From IMG/VR virus record IMGVR_UViG_3300017912_004110, positions 1 to 37,485 of that record: a stretch of DNA of 37,485 bases; one strand, 5' to 3'. Shown one piece after another: positions 16,818 to 25,955 of this stretch. Under the pieces are notes generated by a model. That model was given only the letters and a program-made list of their open reading frames with translations. It searched no databases and was not told the DNA's origin. A program made the position numbers and the translations under genes. The first letter of the stretch is position 1, and every line of letters begins with the position of its first letter. Source of the DNA: a virus. Its lineage: Duplodnaviria > Caudoviricetes.

Positions 16818-18166
16818 CGGAAAATTCTTTTTTGTAATTCACTGTCAAGGAATGAATTTGCGTTTAATGTAGAATTATCAACTAAATTCAATAAAGCATC
16901 ATCCACACCTTGCTGATAAGCTTCTGCTAACTGTGCTCTTTCGTCTGCATTTGTCATTGAATAGGGTTTTTGAATACCTTTTTCCAGAATAGAAGCCTCT
17001 CTTGTCCTTGTATAACGATCGGGATATGCTGCATTCATTGCAGGGTTTTGAGGATTTAGTCTATTTTGAAAAATACCTGCAGAATTATATAGGGTTGGAT
17101 TTTTTGCTCTGTGAATAGCGGAGCCAAGTCTTTCAACTGCTTTTATCTGATCAGGTGTTTTTGCATTTACCCTAGCTTTTTGATACAGCTCTACCTGGGT
17201 AAGCTGAGGATTTGTAATATATTTATTCTCTTCTGCCGAAGGTGGCATAGTATTTAAAGTTTGATTTTTTGCATTTTCAGTAGTTACAACAGGAGCAGAT
17301 TGACTATTCATAATATTAATTTGTCCCTGTCTTACAACATCTACTAAAGGAACACCTCGTTGAATTGCACTGCGTCCTCCTCCCGCCATAAATGCTTCAT
17401 AAGAAGGTTCTCCTACAGAAGGTAATACCTCTGAACCCCGTGCTGTTTGTTTAATAGCATTCATGTCAAGGTCAGAACCTTGTTGCTTGTTATACTCTTG
17501 AGTTCTTAAAATCTCATCTCCTCGTTTTGCCATTGCACTATTTCGTGTTCCATCACCAAAAGCACCTGGGTTGCCAAATTCATATCCAGCTAATCCCCCA
17601 ATAATTCTTCCTCCTAGACCAAGTGGACTACCTAAAAATTGACCGACTAAAGCTTCGTCTACACCTTTAGGCACATCAATACCTAAAGAATTCAAAGCTG
17701 CATCAGCACCTAGTCCATAAATGAGACTACCTCTTGTTCCAAAGGGATTTAAAAGACGCGCTGGATTTTTAAGTGGGTTAATTGAAGTATTGGGATTTGT
17801 AATTGCTTTAAAAATACTGCCAGGATCCCCTAATTTCTGAAACCTTCCTGTTCCTTGGGGTTTCATTGCATTATCTAAAATACGTTGCTCTAATGCATTC
17901 TTAGGACCGACTCGTCCTAATGGACTAGGAATAGAGGGTGCTCTAGCAGTACTGCGACCAAGGTAATCTAATCCGATCTGCGAAGAGGGCACAGGTGGAC
18001 TTACGCGCCGTGCTGGAAATGCCATCTCCACAACTGGCTGCATATTTCTTAAACCAGGTACTCTCCCAACTCGATTACGAAAAAAGCTCGTAACAGGATT
18101 TAAAGCTTTACCGCCAAATTGAAATAATTGATTGGCTGCTTGTTTAGCTAATTTTGCTCTAGACAT
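16814..18166 (-). CDS. Hypothetical protein with a central Gly-rich hydrophobic segment
   Basis: 450 aa with a basic N-terminus and the segment LGSPLGLGGRIIGGLAG. Confidence 0.7.
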   Translation of the reverse strand: MSRAKLAKQAANQLFQFGGKALNPVTSFFRNRVGRVPGLRNMQPVVEMAFPARRVSPPVPSSQIGLDYLGRSTARAPSIPSPLGRVGPKNALEQRILDNAMKPQGTGRFQKLGDPGSIFKAITNPNTSINPLKNPARLLNPFGTRGSLIYGLGADAALNSLGIDVPKGVDEALVGQFLGSPLGLGGRIIGGLAGYEFGNPGAFGDGTRNSAMAKRGDEILRTQEYNKQQGSDLDMNAIKQTARGSEVLPSVGEPSYEAFMAGGGRSAIQRGVPLVDVVRQGQINIMNSQSAPVVTTENAKNQTLNTMPPSAEENKYITNPQLTQVELYQKARVNAKTPDQIKAVERLGSAIHRAKNPTLYNSAGIFQNRLNPQNPAMNAAYPDRYTRTREASILEKGIQKPYSMTNADERAQLAEAYQQGVDDALLNLVDNSTLNANSFLDSELQKRIFR

Positions 18167-18168
18167 GA

Positions 18169-18648
18169 TTATCGAGTTGTCAGATTAAGATAAACATTTG
18201 CGCCAACAGCAGTGTCAGCAGGGCCAGGGAGTGCTTGAATAAACTCAGCTCCAGATCGTTCATAACGATAACGAGCTTGCATTTCATCTTTATAATTAGG
18301 GACATATAAAATCTGAGCCAAACGATTGGTCTCATAAATGTATACGTCCTGCCATAAACGCAAAGCATCTCGTACATTACTCGATCGAATAGTACGATCA
18401 ACGTCACCCAAAATTCCTTCAACCCTTGTACTAGGAGGAGTGAAATCAGGATCAAGAGATGCTAACTGTGTTTTCTTTTCTGCTGCATCACAGCGATCAA
18501 TTTGAAACACAATTTTATCGTGAAACAATGAATCGGGGACAGAGTTCATTGCTTCCTCTAGACGCGCATAGTCACCTGCGGGAACACTAACAACGTAGTA
18601 ACCCAGATGATATCTAATCCTACTTTTGTTAAAGCTGGATAACTGCAC
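18169..18648 (-). CDS. Putative head-tail adaptor / head completion protein
   Basis: 159-aa helical protein beginning ...KSRIRYHLGY, located downstream of the capsid genes. Function inferred from synteny and size. Confidence 0.45.
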   Translation of the reverse strand: MQLSSFNKSRIRYHLGYYVVSVPAGDYARLEEAMNSVPDSLFHDKIVFQIDRCDAAEKKTQLASLDPDFTPPSTRVEGILGDVDRTIRSSNVRDALRLWQDVYIYETNRLAQILYVPNYKDEMQARYRYERSGAEFIQALPGPADTAVGANVYLNLTTR

Positions 18649-18696
18649 AGAACACTAGGCTTATCTTTTTATTATAGATGTTGTCAATAATAAAGA

Positions 18697-19107
18697 TTAA
18701 ACACGAATTAAATCTGCCGCAAACACTGAATCCCAATCAACTCGCTTAATCTTGCGAAGTTGTTCTAAATTGTGAAAACGCTCTCCAGAAAGACTTGTTT
18801 GTAAATCTTTAATGTCTTTTGCAGTTTTCATGCCGATACCTTTAATATGATCAGCAATCATCTGAGGCGTTGCGGCATTAATATTTAAACGCGTATCAGT
18901 AGGAAACTTGCGTGGCTCTTCACCGGATGCTGCATCTTTTACTTGAAGTGTTTTTACTTTCCTTGATGCACGTTCATCTTTTTCAATCTCTGTACAATAG
19001 ACAGTAAAAACGCGACCGTCCTGGTCTTCGACCATGAACCAATCGCCATTGTCCCACTCGGTAACAATTTTAACCCGAGCGCCTGTTTTTTTATGCTGAT
19101 ATAGCAT
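18697..19107 (-). CDS. Helix-hairpin-helix (ComEA-like) DNA-binding protein with a small N-terminal beta domain
   Basis: RLNINAAT...IKGIGMKTAKDI...ERFHNLEQLRKIKRV is a ComEA-type HhH pattern. Confidence 0.8.
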   Translation of the reverse strand: MLYQHKKTGARVKIVTEWDNGDWFMVEDQDGRVFTVYCTEIEKDERASRKVKTLQVKDAASGEEPRKFPTDTRLNINAATPQMIADHIKGIGMKTAKDIKDLQTSLSGERFHNLEQLRKIKRVDWDSVFAADLIRV

Positions 19108-19108
19108 C

Positions 19109-19134
19109 GGGGCCAGTAATTAATCACTGACCCC
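19109..19134 (-). terminator. Stem-loop downstream of the capsid genes (no U-tract)
   Basis: The minus strand reads GGGGTCAGTGAT-TA-ATTACTGGCCCC, a stem of about 11 bp with two G-U pairs, ending 1 nt before ATG 19107. Confidence 0.45.
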
Positions 19135-19149
19135 ATCTTACCCTAATTA

Positions 19150-19917
19150 TCAATAACCAGGGTAATTAGATGCAACTTTGTATGGAATGTACTGTTCAAT
19201 ATCATCGTAGTCCATTGCATTATCAGCTTGGATGTAGCAAAGTTCAACGAGGATGTAACCAGTGTTACCAGCTGCTTTGTCGGCATCAGAGATTGCCCAG
19301 CCACCTTGAGTAACGCTTGCCTTGGTCTCAGGTTTTGAGTAAACCCGATAAGTAGTATTCGAAGTGGTTTCAACATAATTAACACCATTTTTCAATGGTG
19401 AGATGCTATAACCAGCCGAACCAGCTGCAACGCTATTGTTAACAGCAATCAGGTTTGCTCCATTTGCAACACCTGAAGCAGGGTTAGGCGTAGAAGCAGT
19501 ACCAGGACCAAAACCGATTACATCTGTAGCACCAGAAGTAATAATTTCAGATGCAATGCGTCCATCACCCCAGCCTGAAGCCACGGAAATAGTTGCACGA
19601 TAAACGTAAGCAGGCAGTCCAGAAGAAACATTACTGATTGTCATACCAGTAATGTTAGTGCGGGTGTCATCATTCTTGTAAGGAGAAGGAATAATGACAT
19701 CAGCAACAGTTGTGTAACCATCACCAGTAGCAGTGGTAACGGGCACATAGCCACGCATTTGATAATAGCGATAGCCAGGAGTAGCTAAAACAGCAGTAGG
19801 GCCTGCTACAGAAGCGTTGTTGGTAGATCCACCAGTAGTATCAATATTCTGATACCAGCCATTTAAAGGCTCAGCCATATCGGCTGGGTAGATTTTCTTA
19901 GCGGATAAGTATGCCAT
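19150..19917 (-). CDS. Putative capsid decoration / minor capsid protein
   Basis: 255 aa, A/G/T/S/V-rich, directly downstream of the major capsid gene. Confidence 0.55.
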   Translation of the reverse strand: MAYLSAKKIYPADMAEPLNGWYQNIDTTGGSTNNASVAGPTAVLATPGYRYYQMRGYVPVTTATGDGYTTVADVIIPSPYKNDDTRTNITGMTISNVSSGLPAYVYRATISVASGWGDGRIASEIITSGATDVIGFGPGTASTPNPASGVANGANLIAVNNSVAAGSAGYSISPLKNGVNYVETTSNTTYRVYSKPETKASVTQGGWAISDADKAAGNTGYILVELCYIQADNAMDYDDIEQYIPYKVASNYPGY

Positions 19918-19952
19918 TTATCTAGAAAAGGTATGTAAGGACGTTAAACAAA

Positions 19953-21116
19953 TCAGACTACAGCGTCATCAGAGATGAAGCTAAAGGAGTTCGTAATGAA
20001 ATCCTTATTCAGAACTTCGAAGCCAGCATAAAGCTGCCAGATAAGAATGATGAAACGTGAGAAGTCATCATTGTTATTGATTAACACCTGAGCGTTAGGA
20101 CCGCCGATGCCAATACCGATAGCCTGAGGACCGAAGAAGAAACCTTGAGCAATTTCTTCAGAAGAGTAATGACTACCACCATCAAAAGATGCGGTGATAT
20201 TCTTGGTTGGGAAGTTCGTTGACTCGAAGAACTTCACACCTTCAAACTGCACACCAGTAGGCATAACAGGTTCGCCAGCCAGGAAATAACCTTGTCCGGC
20301 TTGAGGACCCATGTAGAAACTGGAGTTGTTAGGCATCATGGGATTACCCATGAACATACCTTGACCGGGGTTACCGGCATAACGTGCAATTTCACGGAAG
20401 TCATCATCACGACGCAGATGCATCATGAAGACGGGGTCACAAATACAACGATACAGACCATCAGCAAAAGTAGGAACGTTGCGCTTGCGCAGATCCTTAA
20501 CAACTTCTAAAAGGTCAGTACGAACAGAGAACTGCTGAACTTGATCGGTGTACTCATTAGCGGTATAAGAAACACGACCTTGTGTATCTTTTTCTTTGTC
20601 ACCAGCAAAGTAGTAACCACCTTGAGTGGTGCTAGCCTTGCCTTGAGCCTCAGCTTTAGCTAATTCGTCAATAAAGACGCGATCACGCCAACGACGATAG
20701 TCGTCCAACAGGGTCAAGGAGCCAATGCTCTGATGGAACATGTTCAGGTTGCCGGTATCAAGCAGCAAGCGCTGAGCGGTAATCAGAGTTTCCCGAGCAA
20801 TCTTGAAAGTAGAAGGCTGGGTAGGATCAGCCGGGTCTGCAGGGCCAGTGTACTCTTTTAGCACAACCAACACCTTTTCTTTTGTGATGTTGCGGCTATT
20901 AGCAGTACCAATGGTTTGATCCGAGATACGCTCACGGCTGTCCTTGGTGCCAGGGGCTCCCCAGAACTTGTAGCGATCAAGCTGAACAGTTTGGCCAGGC
21001 TGAGAGGTGAAGTCATGCACCACAACAGGCTCGACGGCCATTTCGCAAATGTATGCAGGATGCGGACGGTAAAGTTCCGCACCTAGAATCTTAGGAAAAT
21101 CGTTGTCTAAAAACAT
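19953..21116 (-). CDS. Major capsid protein
   Basis: 387 aa. DFTSQPGQTVQL (E-loop-like), V.LKEY.G, G..FEGVKFFESTN and FFGPQAIG...W..YAGFEVLN fit HK97-fold capsid proteins. Shows highly-expressed-type codon bias and follows portal and scaffold. Confidence 0.85.
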   Translation of the reverse strand: MFLDNDFPKILGAELYRPHPAYICEMAVEPVVVHDFTSQPGQTVQLDRYKFWGAPGTKDSRERISDQTIGTANSRNITKEKVLVVLKEYTGPADPADPTQPSTFKIARETLITAQRLLLDTGNLNMFHQSIGSLTLLDDYRRWRDRVFIDELAKAEAQGKASTTQGGYYFAGDKEKDTQGRVSYTANEYTDQVQQFSVRTDLLEVVKDLRKRNVPTFADGLYRCICDPVFMMHLRRDDDFREIARYAGNPGQGMFMGNPMMPNNSSFYMGPQAGQGYFLAGEPVMPTGVQFEGVKFFESTNFPTKNITASFDGGSHYSSEEIAQGFFFGPQAIGIGIGGPNAQVLINNNDDFSRFIILIWQLYAGFEVLNKDFITNSFSFISDDAVV

Positions 21117-21173
21117 TTTTATCCTTGCCTATAAGGTGAATGGAATAGCTGAACTTTTGCCTATTCTAATAAG

Positions 21174-21184
21174 ATTTTAGCAGT
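21174..21184 (-). promoter_or_regulatory. Extended -10 promoter-like element for the capsid gene (ACTGCTAAAAT)
   Basis: TGnTAAAAT about 57 nt upstream of the capsid ATG; an AAGGA ribosome-binding site precedes the ATG. Confidence 0.5.
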
Positions 21185-21191
21185 TTACTAT

Positions 21192-21782
21192 TTAGGAAAT
21201 ATATTGTGAACCCATGCCTTGCATAGTAAGACGTGAGTTAACAGTATTACTAGAGCCAGGTGCTTCAGGATCAATTCCTGGAACACCTAACATTGCTCCT
21301 ACATTTCCAGCGCCGCCACCTACTAATCCACCAAGTCCTGCAGCAGATGTAACACCTAAAGCAGTAAGTGGAATAGCAGCAGCAGATGCCATGTTGCCTA
21401 CGTTTTCAGCAACCTGATTAGCATCTGCAATTACTTTGCGACCCTTTGGTGTTGCCATGGTTACTTGTGGGAACATATCTGACTTAACAGCAGCTCCAAC
21501 AGCACGATCAACACCCGCCTGGATTTTACCTGGCATTTCCTTAGCCATGTATTTACGCAATTGAGGCACACCAGCTCCAGCAGCAGCAGCTGCTGCGCCA
21601 GCACCAAGTGCCTCTAAAGCTGTACGGCCAAGACCTTCGTCTTCGGATTCTCCAGTAACAACATTTCCCAATGTCGCAAGACCGGCACCAGCGGCACCGG
21701 CTGCGGCAGCAGACTGCACAGGATCACGGGAGATTTCTCCGGCTTTTTTACGGATAGCTCCCGCGTATTTACCTGCGAGCAT
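21192..21782 (-). CDS. Ala/Gly-rich protein with glycine-zipper-like hydrophobic segments
   Basis: 196 aa between scaffold and capsid genes; AAAAGAAGAGLATLG and AAGLGGLVGGGAG. Confidence 0.7.
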   Translation of the reverse strand: MLAGKYAGAIRKKAGEISRDPVQSAAAAGAAGAGLATLGNVVTGESEDEGLGRTALEALGAGAAAAAAGAGVPQLRKYMAKEMPGKIQAGVDRAVGAAVKSDMFPQVTMATPKGRKVIADANQVAENVGNMASAAAIPLTALGVTSAAGLGGLVGGGAGNVGAMLGVPGIDPEAPGSSNTVNSRLTMQGMGSQYIS

Positions 21783-21786
21783 GGGA

Positions 21787-22773
21787 TTACTCCATTACAA
21801 ATAATTTATTAGCCATAACCCGAGGATCAGCTTGATTCACAATGCGCCAAGCTTGTGTTGGGTCATAATCCATTTGTGCTTTAAATGCACCCCAGAAATC
21901 TTGAGGTTGTTGAGGTCCTTCGGCTTGCGGGGGAGCAGGTAAACCAGGTACGGCTTGACCCTGCTGACCAACAGGAGCAGTAGGATAACCACGTGTCTCC
22001 AGCTCTTGCTCGGATCCATACACTGGATAAGGACCATTAGGACCAAAGAATTCCAGTGTGTAATCAGACAGCACGTCTGGATTAGTCAAGATTTCGTTAT
22101 AAGCTAAATTCTCTTTATGCTCATTAAGAGAGAAATTAGCATAACCTGTTAAAACATTAGTTGCCGTTTCGCCCCACGCCACGGCGCTGTCCAGCATCCT
22201 TTCCAGGTTTAGAGCGTACTGGTTTAGAATCGCTGGTGCCTCCGTTCCGTAGTTTGCTACCACCATCCGGCTTTCCGGACTCCACTCCAGGAGATCCGCT
22301 ACGTCCGCCAATGAGCTGACCGACGAGGTTTGGGAATAGTTGGGCGAGGATGTCTGGCTTTGTTGCCAGGTCGGGGCTGCCGATTGTTGTGGGATTTGTT
22401 GGTAAGTTGCTGGTGCCTGTGACTCCCAATTGCCCTGGGTATACGGACTCGCCACCGGAGCCTGGACCGGTGATGGCGCTGCCTGGGATGGGGAGGCCTG
22501 ACGGCCCAGAAGACCCACTACTTGGCTGAACGCCGATTCCCATGGATTCCCCTGGGGAGTCGCCGGTTGGGAAGGGGGGACGAATGCTGACGGGGCGGAT
22601 TGGTAATTGGGCGCCACCTGAGGGGCTGCCTGAGTTGACGCTTGGGGGTAAGCCATCCCCGCCTGCGTTGCTTGAATTGGTGTTGTCGGCTGCGGGGCTG
22701 CTGCCACGTAGCTGCTCGGTGCCACGGATGGTTGGCTCATCTGTGGGGTCGATTGGACGGTAGCGTCCTGCAT
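21787..22773 (-). CDS. Putative scaffold protein
   Basis: 328 aa with a Q/P/A/S-rich disordered N-half and helical C-half, between portal and capsid genes. AAGGAG (22781-22786) lies 7 nt upstream of the ATG. Confidence 0.65.
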   Translation of the reverse strand: MQDATVQSTPQMSQPSVAPSSYVAAAPQPTTPIQATQAGMAYPQASTQAAPQVAPNYQSAPSAFVPPSQPATPQGNPWESAFSQVVGLLGRQASPSQAAPSPVQAPVASPYTQGNWESQAPATYQQIPQQSAAPTWQQSQTSSPNYSQTSSVSSLADVADLLEWSPESRMVVANYGTEAPAILNQYALNLERMLDSAVAWGETATNVLTGYANFSLNEHKENLAYNEILTNPDVLSDYTLEFFGPNGPYPVYGSEQELETRGYPTAPVGQQGQAVPGLPAPPQAEGPQQPQDFWGAFKAQMDYDPTQAWRIVNQADPRVMANKLFVME

Positions 22774-24544
22774 AGCTCATCTCCTTTTGTAATGCTTCAA
22801 GAGTTCGATACAGATAGGGAGTGAGGTCCAAGCGTGGATCTGCAGCCATTGGCAGGTCCGGCGCTTGTGGATGTGGGGTCTGCATCATTCCCGCAACCAA
22901 ACTAGAGAACTTGTTATAAGCACTCTGTAATTCACCGACCATTCTGAAGGGAAAGCCTGAAAGCATTTCCGCTCTTTCCTCATCAGTTTTTGATGGGAAA
23001 AGATACTTCAATGCTTCTATACTATCAACTCCTAGCTCTTGTAAGTTACGAACAACAATAGAATTATTTAAAATATCTTGAGTTGTTTCTTCATACACAG
23101 GTCCCAGCCAACGCCAAGCAACTGTTACATCACCATCAGGAATTAAACCTTTAACACCCGGCGGCACCATCTGCACCTTAATAAGTGCCATCATTATTTG
23201 TTTCATTCTGCTTTCAAACTGTTGCAACGCTTGCTGATAACCCAAGCGAGTTGCTTCATCTGCATCTTGCTCTGGTTGAATTGGTTTTTCAATTCCAGCT
23301 GCTTTTGCCAAACTATTTTTAAACAAAGTCTCTTCCATGAAAATAATTAATTCCATGCATCGAGATAAACCATGTTCATAAATTGCATTTGCTTTCTTTT
23401 TACTAGTAGCAGCCACACGACCAAACAAACTTTTATATTCGGTTGCAGTAACACCTGCACTGATTGATAGCTCATCTACTCCTCCTAGCGCTGTACGAAT
23501 CTCTTCTCTAAACTGCCTAACAAAAGCATTTTGATCACCTGAAATGGCGTCTGGAACAATATAACCAACTCGATCGTTTGGTTCTAAATTTGCAATAACA
23601 CGTGGAACCCTAATAGTTCCATCCACTCCTCTTCCAATTGGATCTTGCTTAAAGGTAGAGGAAGAAAGAGGTGACATGCTCTGAAAACCAGAGTTTGCCG
23701 CAATAGATGGACGTTGCGCACTTCCATCTTGTCCTGTTTCGATTAAATCCGTTTTAGGACGTGAAGAAAGTAAAGTAGGATTACCAAAAAACTGAATATT
23801 TTTTCGCATTGTGCGCACCAACTCATCATGCAACACAATTTGATTTGCAAACTGATCGAATTCACCTGATCCTTCCATGGTGAATCCTTTTGGATTATTA
23901 AAAATTTCTACACAAGGAATAAAGCCGAGTTCATTTGGAAACTTATTTGTTTTACCTGGCACTGTAGTTGTAATATTTTCAAATGACATTTCACCATCGG
24001 AATGTGTTTCTTCAATTTCCAATGGTTTAATTGAAAGACGAATATATTTTTTACGCCCTGGAGTTTCTTTGGGTGCATAGTTACCACCAGTAAGCTGCCC
24101 CATTTCAATGCCGCCCAGTCCTACATCCTGAGCAACACCTCCTTGTGATTGTTTTACTTTATAGCTATAAATAATAACAACTTCTTCTAACTCGCCATCT
24201 ACGTTGTAATAGCTGCGATACTCATAATTACGAAAATAATAGAGACGATAGTTATTTTCAGTAGGCCTAATATAAAAAATTCCTTTTCCATCACACAAAA
24301 AGTAATCCCAAATTGAATCTAAACGTGTATCAAGACGGTTATATTTTGCTACTTTATCTAAAAAATCTTTGCGTTGATTACCAAAGTTATCTTGTACTGG
24401 ATAAAATTCAACACCCTTACGGATGCCAAACAATTTCATTTGTGCAATATGGGAGGAAACAATGCCACTATCAACTTGTGCATCACCATTGCGCTCAATA
24501 TAAGCGTCAATAATTTCTTTTAAACGACTTCTAACTTCTGACAC
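22157..24544 (-). CDS. Portal protein with a low-complexity C-terminal extension
   Basis: 795 aa. NELGFIPCVEIFN, GSGEFD, RKNIQFFGNP, helical wing/stem segments and V.WRW.GP fit portal proteins; lies between terminase and capsid genes. Confidence 0.8.
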   Translation of the reverse strand: MSEVRSRLKEIIDAYIERNGDAQVDSGIVSSHIAQMKLFGIRKGVEFYPVQDNFGNQRKDFLDKVAKYNRLDTRLDSIWDYFLCDGKGIFYIRPTENNYRLYYFRNYEYRSYYNVDGELEEVVIIYSYKVKQSQGGVAQDVGLGGIEMGQLTGGNYAPKETPGRKKYIRLSIKPLEIEETHSDGEMSFENITTTVPGKTNKFPNELGFIPCVEIFNNPKGFTMEGSGEFDQFANQIVLHDELVRTMRKNIQFFGNPTLLSSRPKTDLIETGQDGSAQRPSIAANSGFQSMSPLSSSTFKQDPIGRGVDGTIRVPRVIANLEPNDRVGYIVPDAISGDQNAFVRQFREEIRTALGGVDELSISAGVTATEYKSLFGRVAATSKKKANAIYEHGLSRCMELIIFMEETLFKNSLAKAAGIEKPIQPEQDADEATRLGYQQALQQFESRMKQIMMALIKVQMVPPGVKGLIPDGDVTVAWRWLGPVYEETTQDILNNSIVVRNLQELGVDSIEALKYLFPSKTDEERAEMLSGFPFRMVGELQSAYNKFSSLVAGMMQTPHPQAPDLPMAADPRLDLTPYLYRTLEALQKEMSYAGRYRPIDPTDEPTIRGTEQLRGSSPAADNTNSSNAGGDGLPPSVNSGSPSGGAQLPIRPVSIRPPFPTGDSPGESMGIGVQPSSGSSGPSGLPIPGSAITGPGSGGESVYPGQLGVTGTSNLPTNPTTIGSPDLATKPDILAQLFPNLVGQLIGGRSGSPGVESGKPDGGSKLRNGGTSDSKPVRSKPGKDAGQRRGVGRNGN

Positions 24545-24753
24545 TATTTCTTACCCTTTTGTTTATACATCCTAGCAGCCCTGCCAGCCTTTTTGGCTTT
24601 TTCTGTATTAGGAATAAACTGTTTTCCTTTACGAGAACCTTCTTGTTTCTTGCGATCAGTATCTTCACGTTCTTCTTTTGAAAGCTTTGCCCATGCTTTC
24701 TTGGGAAGATACCGTTTCGTCGTACCGTCAGATTGGATTGCTTTATCAGCCAT
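24544..24753 (-). CDS. Basic protein resembling the C-terminal half of the DUF5872-like family
   Basis: RYLPKKAWAKLSKEE...TDRKKQEGSRKGKQF motif. Confidence 0.7.
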   Translation of the reverse strand: MADKAIQSDGTTKRYLPKKAWAKLSKEEREDTDRKKQEGSRKGKQFIPNTEKAKKAGRAARMYKQKGKK

Positions 24754-24758
24754 TATTG

Positions 24759-25052
24759 TTATTGTTTTCTCTCTTTAGATTTTTTGGCCGCAACAGCAGC
24801 TTTTTTTGCTTTATTCTTCTCGTATTCATCCTTGGTTTGCCAGTCTTCTTTACCCCATTTGCTTAATGACTTTTGGCTGCTACCTTTACCTCCTTTGTAC
24901 CCTCCACCTTTCTTTTTATATTCCGAAGCCACTAGTTGAGCTTTACGAGCAGACCACTGTCCCGGTTTACCTCCTTTACTGCCTGCCATCACGCGCTTCT
25001 TAATTGATTCGCGTAGCTCAGGTTTTGTATATTTTGAATTATCTTGTGCCAT
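24759..25052 (-). CDS. Basic protein resembling the N-terminal half of the DUF5872-like family
   Basis: YTKPELRE.IK..V.AGSKGGKPGQWSARKAQLVASEYKKKGGGY...SL.KW.KEDWQT motif. Confidence 0.75.
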   Translation of the reverse strand: MAQDNSKYTKPELRESIKKRVMAGSKGGKPGQWSARKAQLVASEYKKKGGGYKGGKGSSQKSLSKWGKEDWQTKDEYEKNKAKKAAVAAKKSKERKQ

Positions 25053-25522
25053 TAGACAAATCCCGGTAATTGTGGACCTGTAAGACGCGGCATAGGTGGA
25101 GTCATAGGAGCAAATCCTCTTCGGATCTGTTCATCCATATAAGGTGAATCAATATGAGGTGCTTTAATAATTGCACCCGGAGGAGCAAATTTACCTCGAA
25201 TATAACGAGGTGCACCCGCTAATAGTTCAATACCACCATAATCTTGATTAGGGTAATAAGGCATTACTGTTGGATTTAATGGTTCACCAAAATATGGAAG
25301 CTTCATGAATGCACCTGTATTTCCTAAATTAGGATCGCCTCCGCTATGACGAGGAGCACGTCTTCCTCCATAACCAAGTCCAGTATCTGGCAATCTTCCT
25401 GCTCCTAGATTAGGAATATTTGAATAAGTAACGGTAGGTTGATGAACAGATCCCCCATAATTAACGCCAATTACTTGTCCGTTGCGGAAGATACGATCAT
25501 CATATACATCTTGAAATGACAT
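25052..25522 (-). CDS. Gly/Pro-rich hypothetical protein
   Basis: 156 aa, coupled to both neighbours; contains SGGDPNLGNTG. Confidence 0.65.
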   Translation of the reverse strand: MSFQDVYDDRIFRNGQVIGVNYGGSVHQPTVTYSNIPNLGAGRLPDTGLGYGGRRAPRHSGGDPNLGNTGAFMKLPYFGEPLNPTVMPYYPNQDYGGIELLAGAPRYIRGKFAPPGAIIKAPHIDSPYMDEQIRRGFAPMTPPMPRLTGPQLPGFV

Positions 25523-25955
25523 TAGAATTGCCTCTTTGTATTTACATTACCAAAACCAGATCCTTTGCTTCCTGGTGACGCAAAGTAAGAAGGTCTTGCA
25601 TTGCGTGGAACAGCTGCTGAACGCACGTCTCCCATTGATTCAAAACGTGCATAAGATCCTTTGTCAACAGGGCCTGAATATTCTGTTGTAAAAAAATCCA
25701 AAGGATAATCCTCTCTTGGATTACCTGGCATCATTAAATCAATATAAGAGCCTGCTAAATCCATTAGAAAACACGTTTGTTGGCGAAACCATTTCGTTGA
25801 GCGTCATTCATGTTTCCTAGAAGACGCACAGTATCTAATTTGTCGTACTGATTAATTTGTTTTTGAGGATTAATACTTCCAAATTTTTCATATGGAATAC
25901 CAACGGCAAGAATCTCCATGCCACCTGTATTTCCTAAATTTGGATCACCACCTGA
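25313..25955 (-). repeat. Dispersed 33-nt direct repeat encoding SGGDPNLGNTG (25313-25345 and 25923-25955)
   Basis: A 19-nt exact core (cacctgtatttcctaaatt) is shared; the remaining differences are synonymous. Confidence 0.85.
25522..25764 (-). CDS. Hypothetical protein
   Basis: 80 aa, TAATG-coupled on both sides. Confidence 0.6.
   Translation of the reverse strand: MDLAGSYIDLMMPGNPREDYPLDFFTTEYSGPVDKGSYARFESMGDVRSAAVPRNARPSYFASPGSKGSGFGNVNTKRQF

Noticed and set aside
18671-18687. Perfect TTGACA and TATAAT boxes upstream of the adaptor-like gene (minus strand)
   Set aside because: They are only 5 nt apart, so they cannot form one sigma70 promoter. The TATAAT alone may still function.
19953-21116. 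Higher GC of the capsid gene as a sign of horizontal transfer
   Set aside because: The preference for C-ending codons (AAC, TAC, TTC, ATC) is adequately explained by high expression.
24750-24775. Programmed frameshift or readthrough joining the two DUF5872-like halves
   Set aside because: No slippery heptamer is evident, a second in-frame TAA follows the first, and the downstream ORF has its own ATG.
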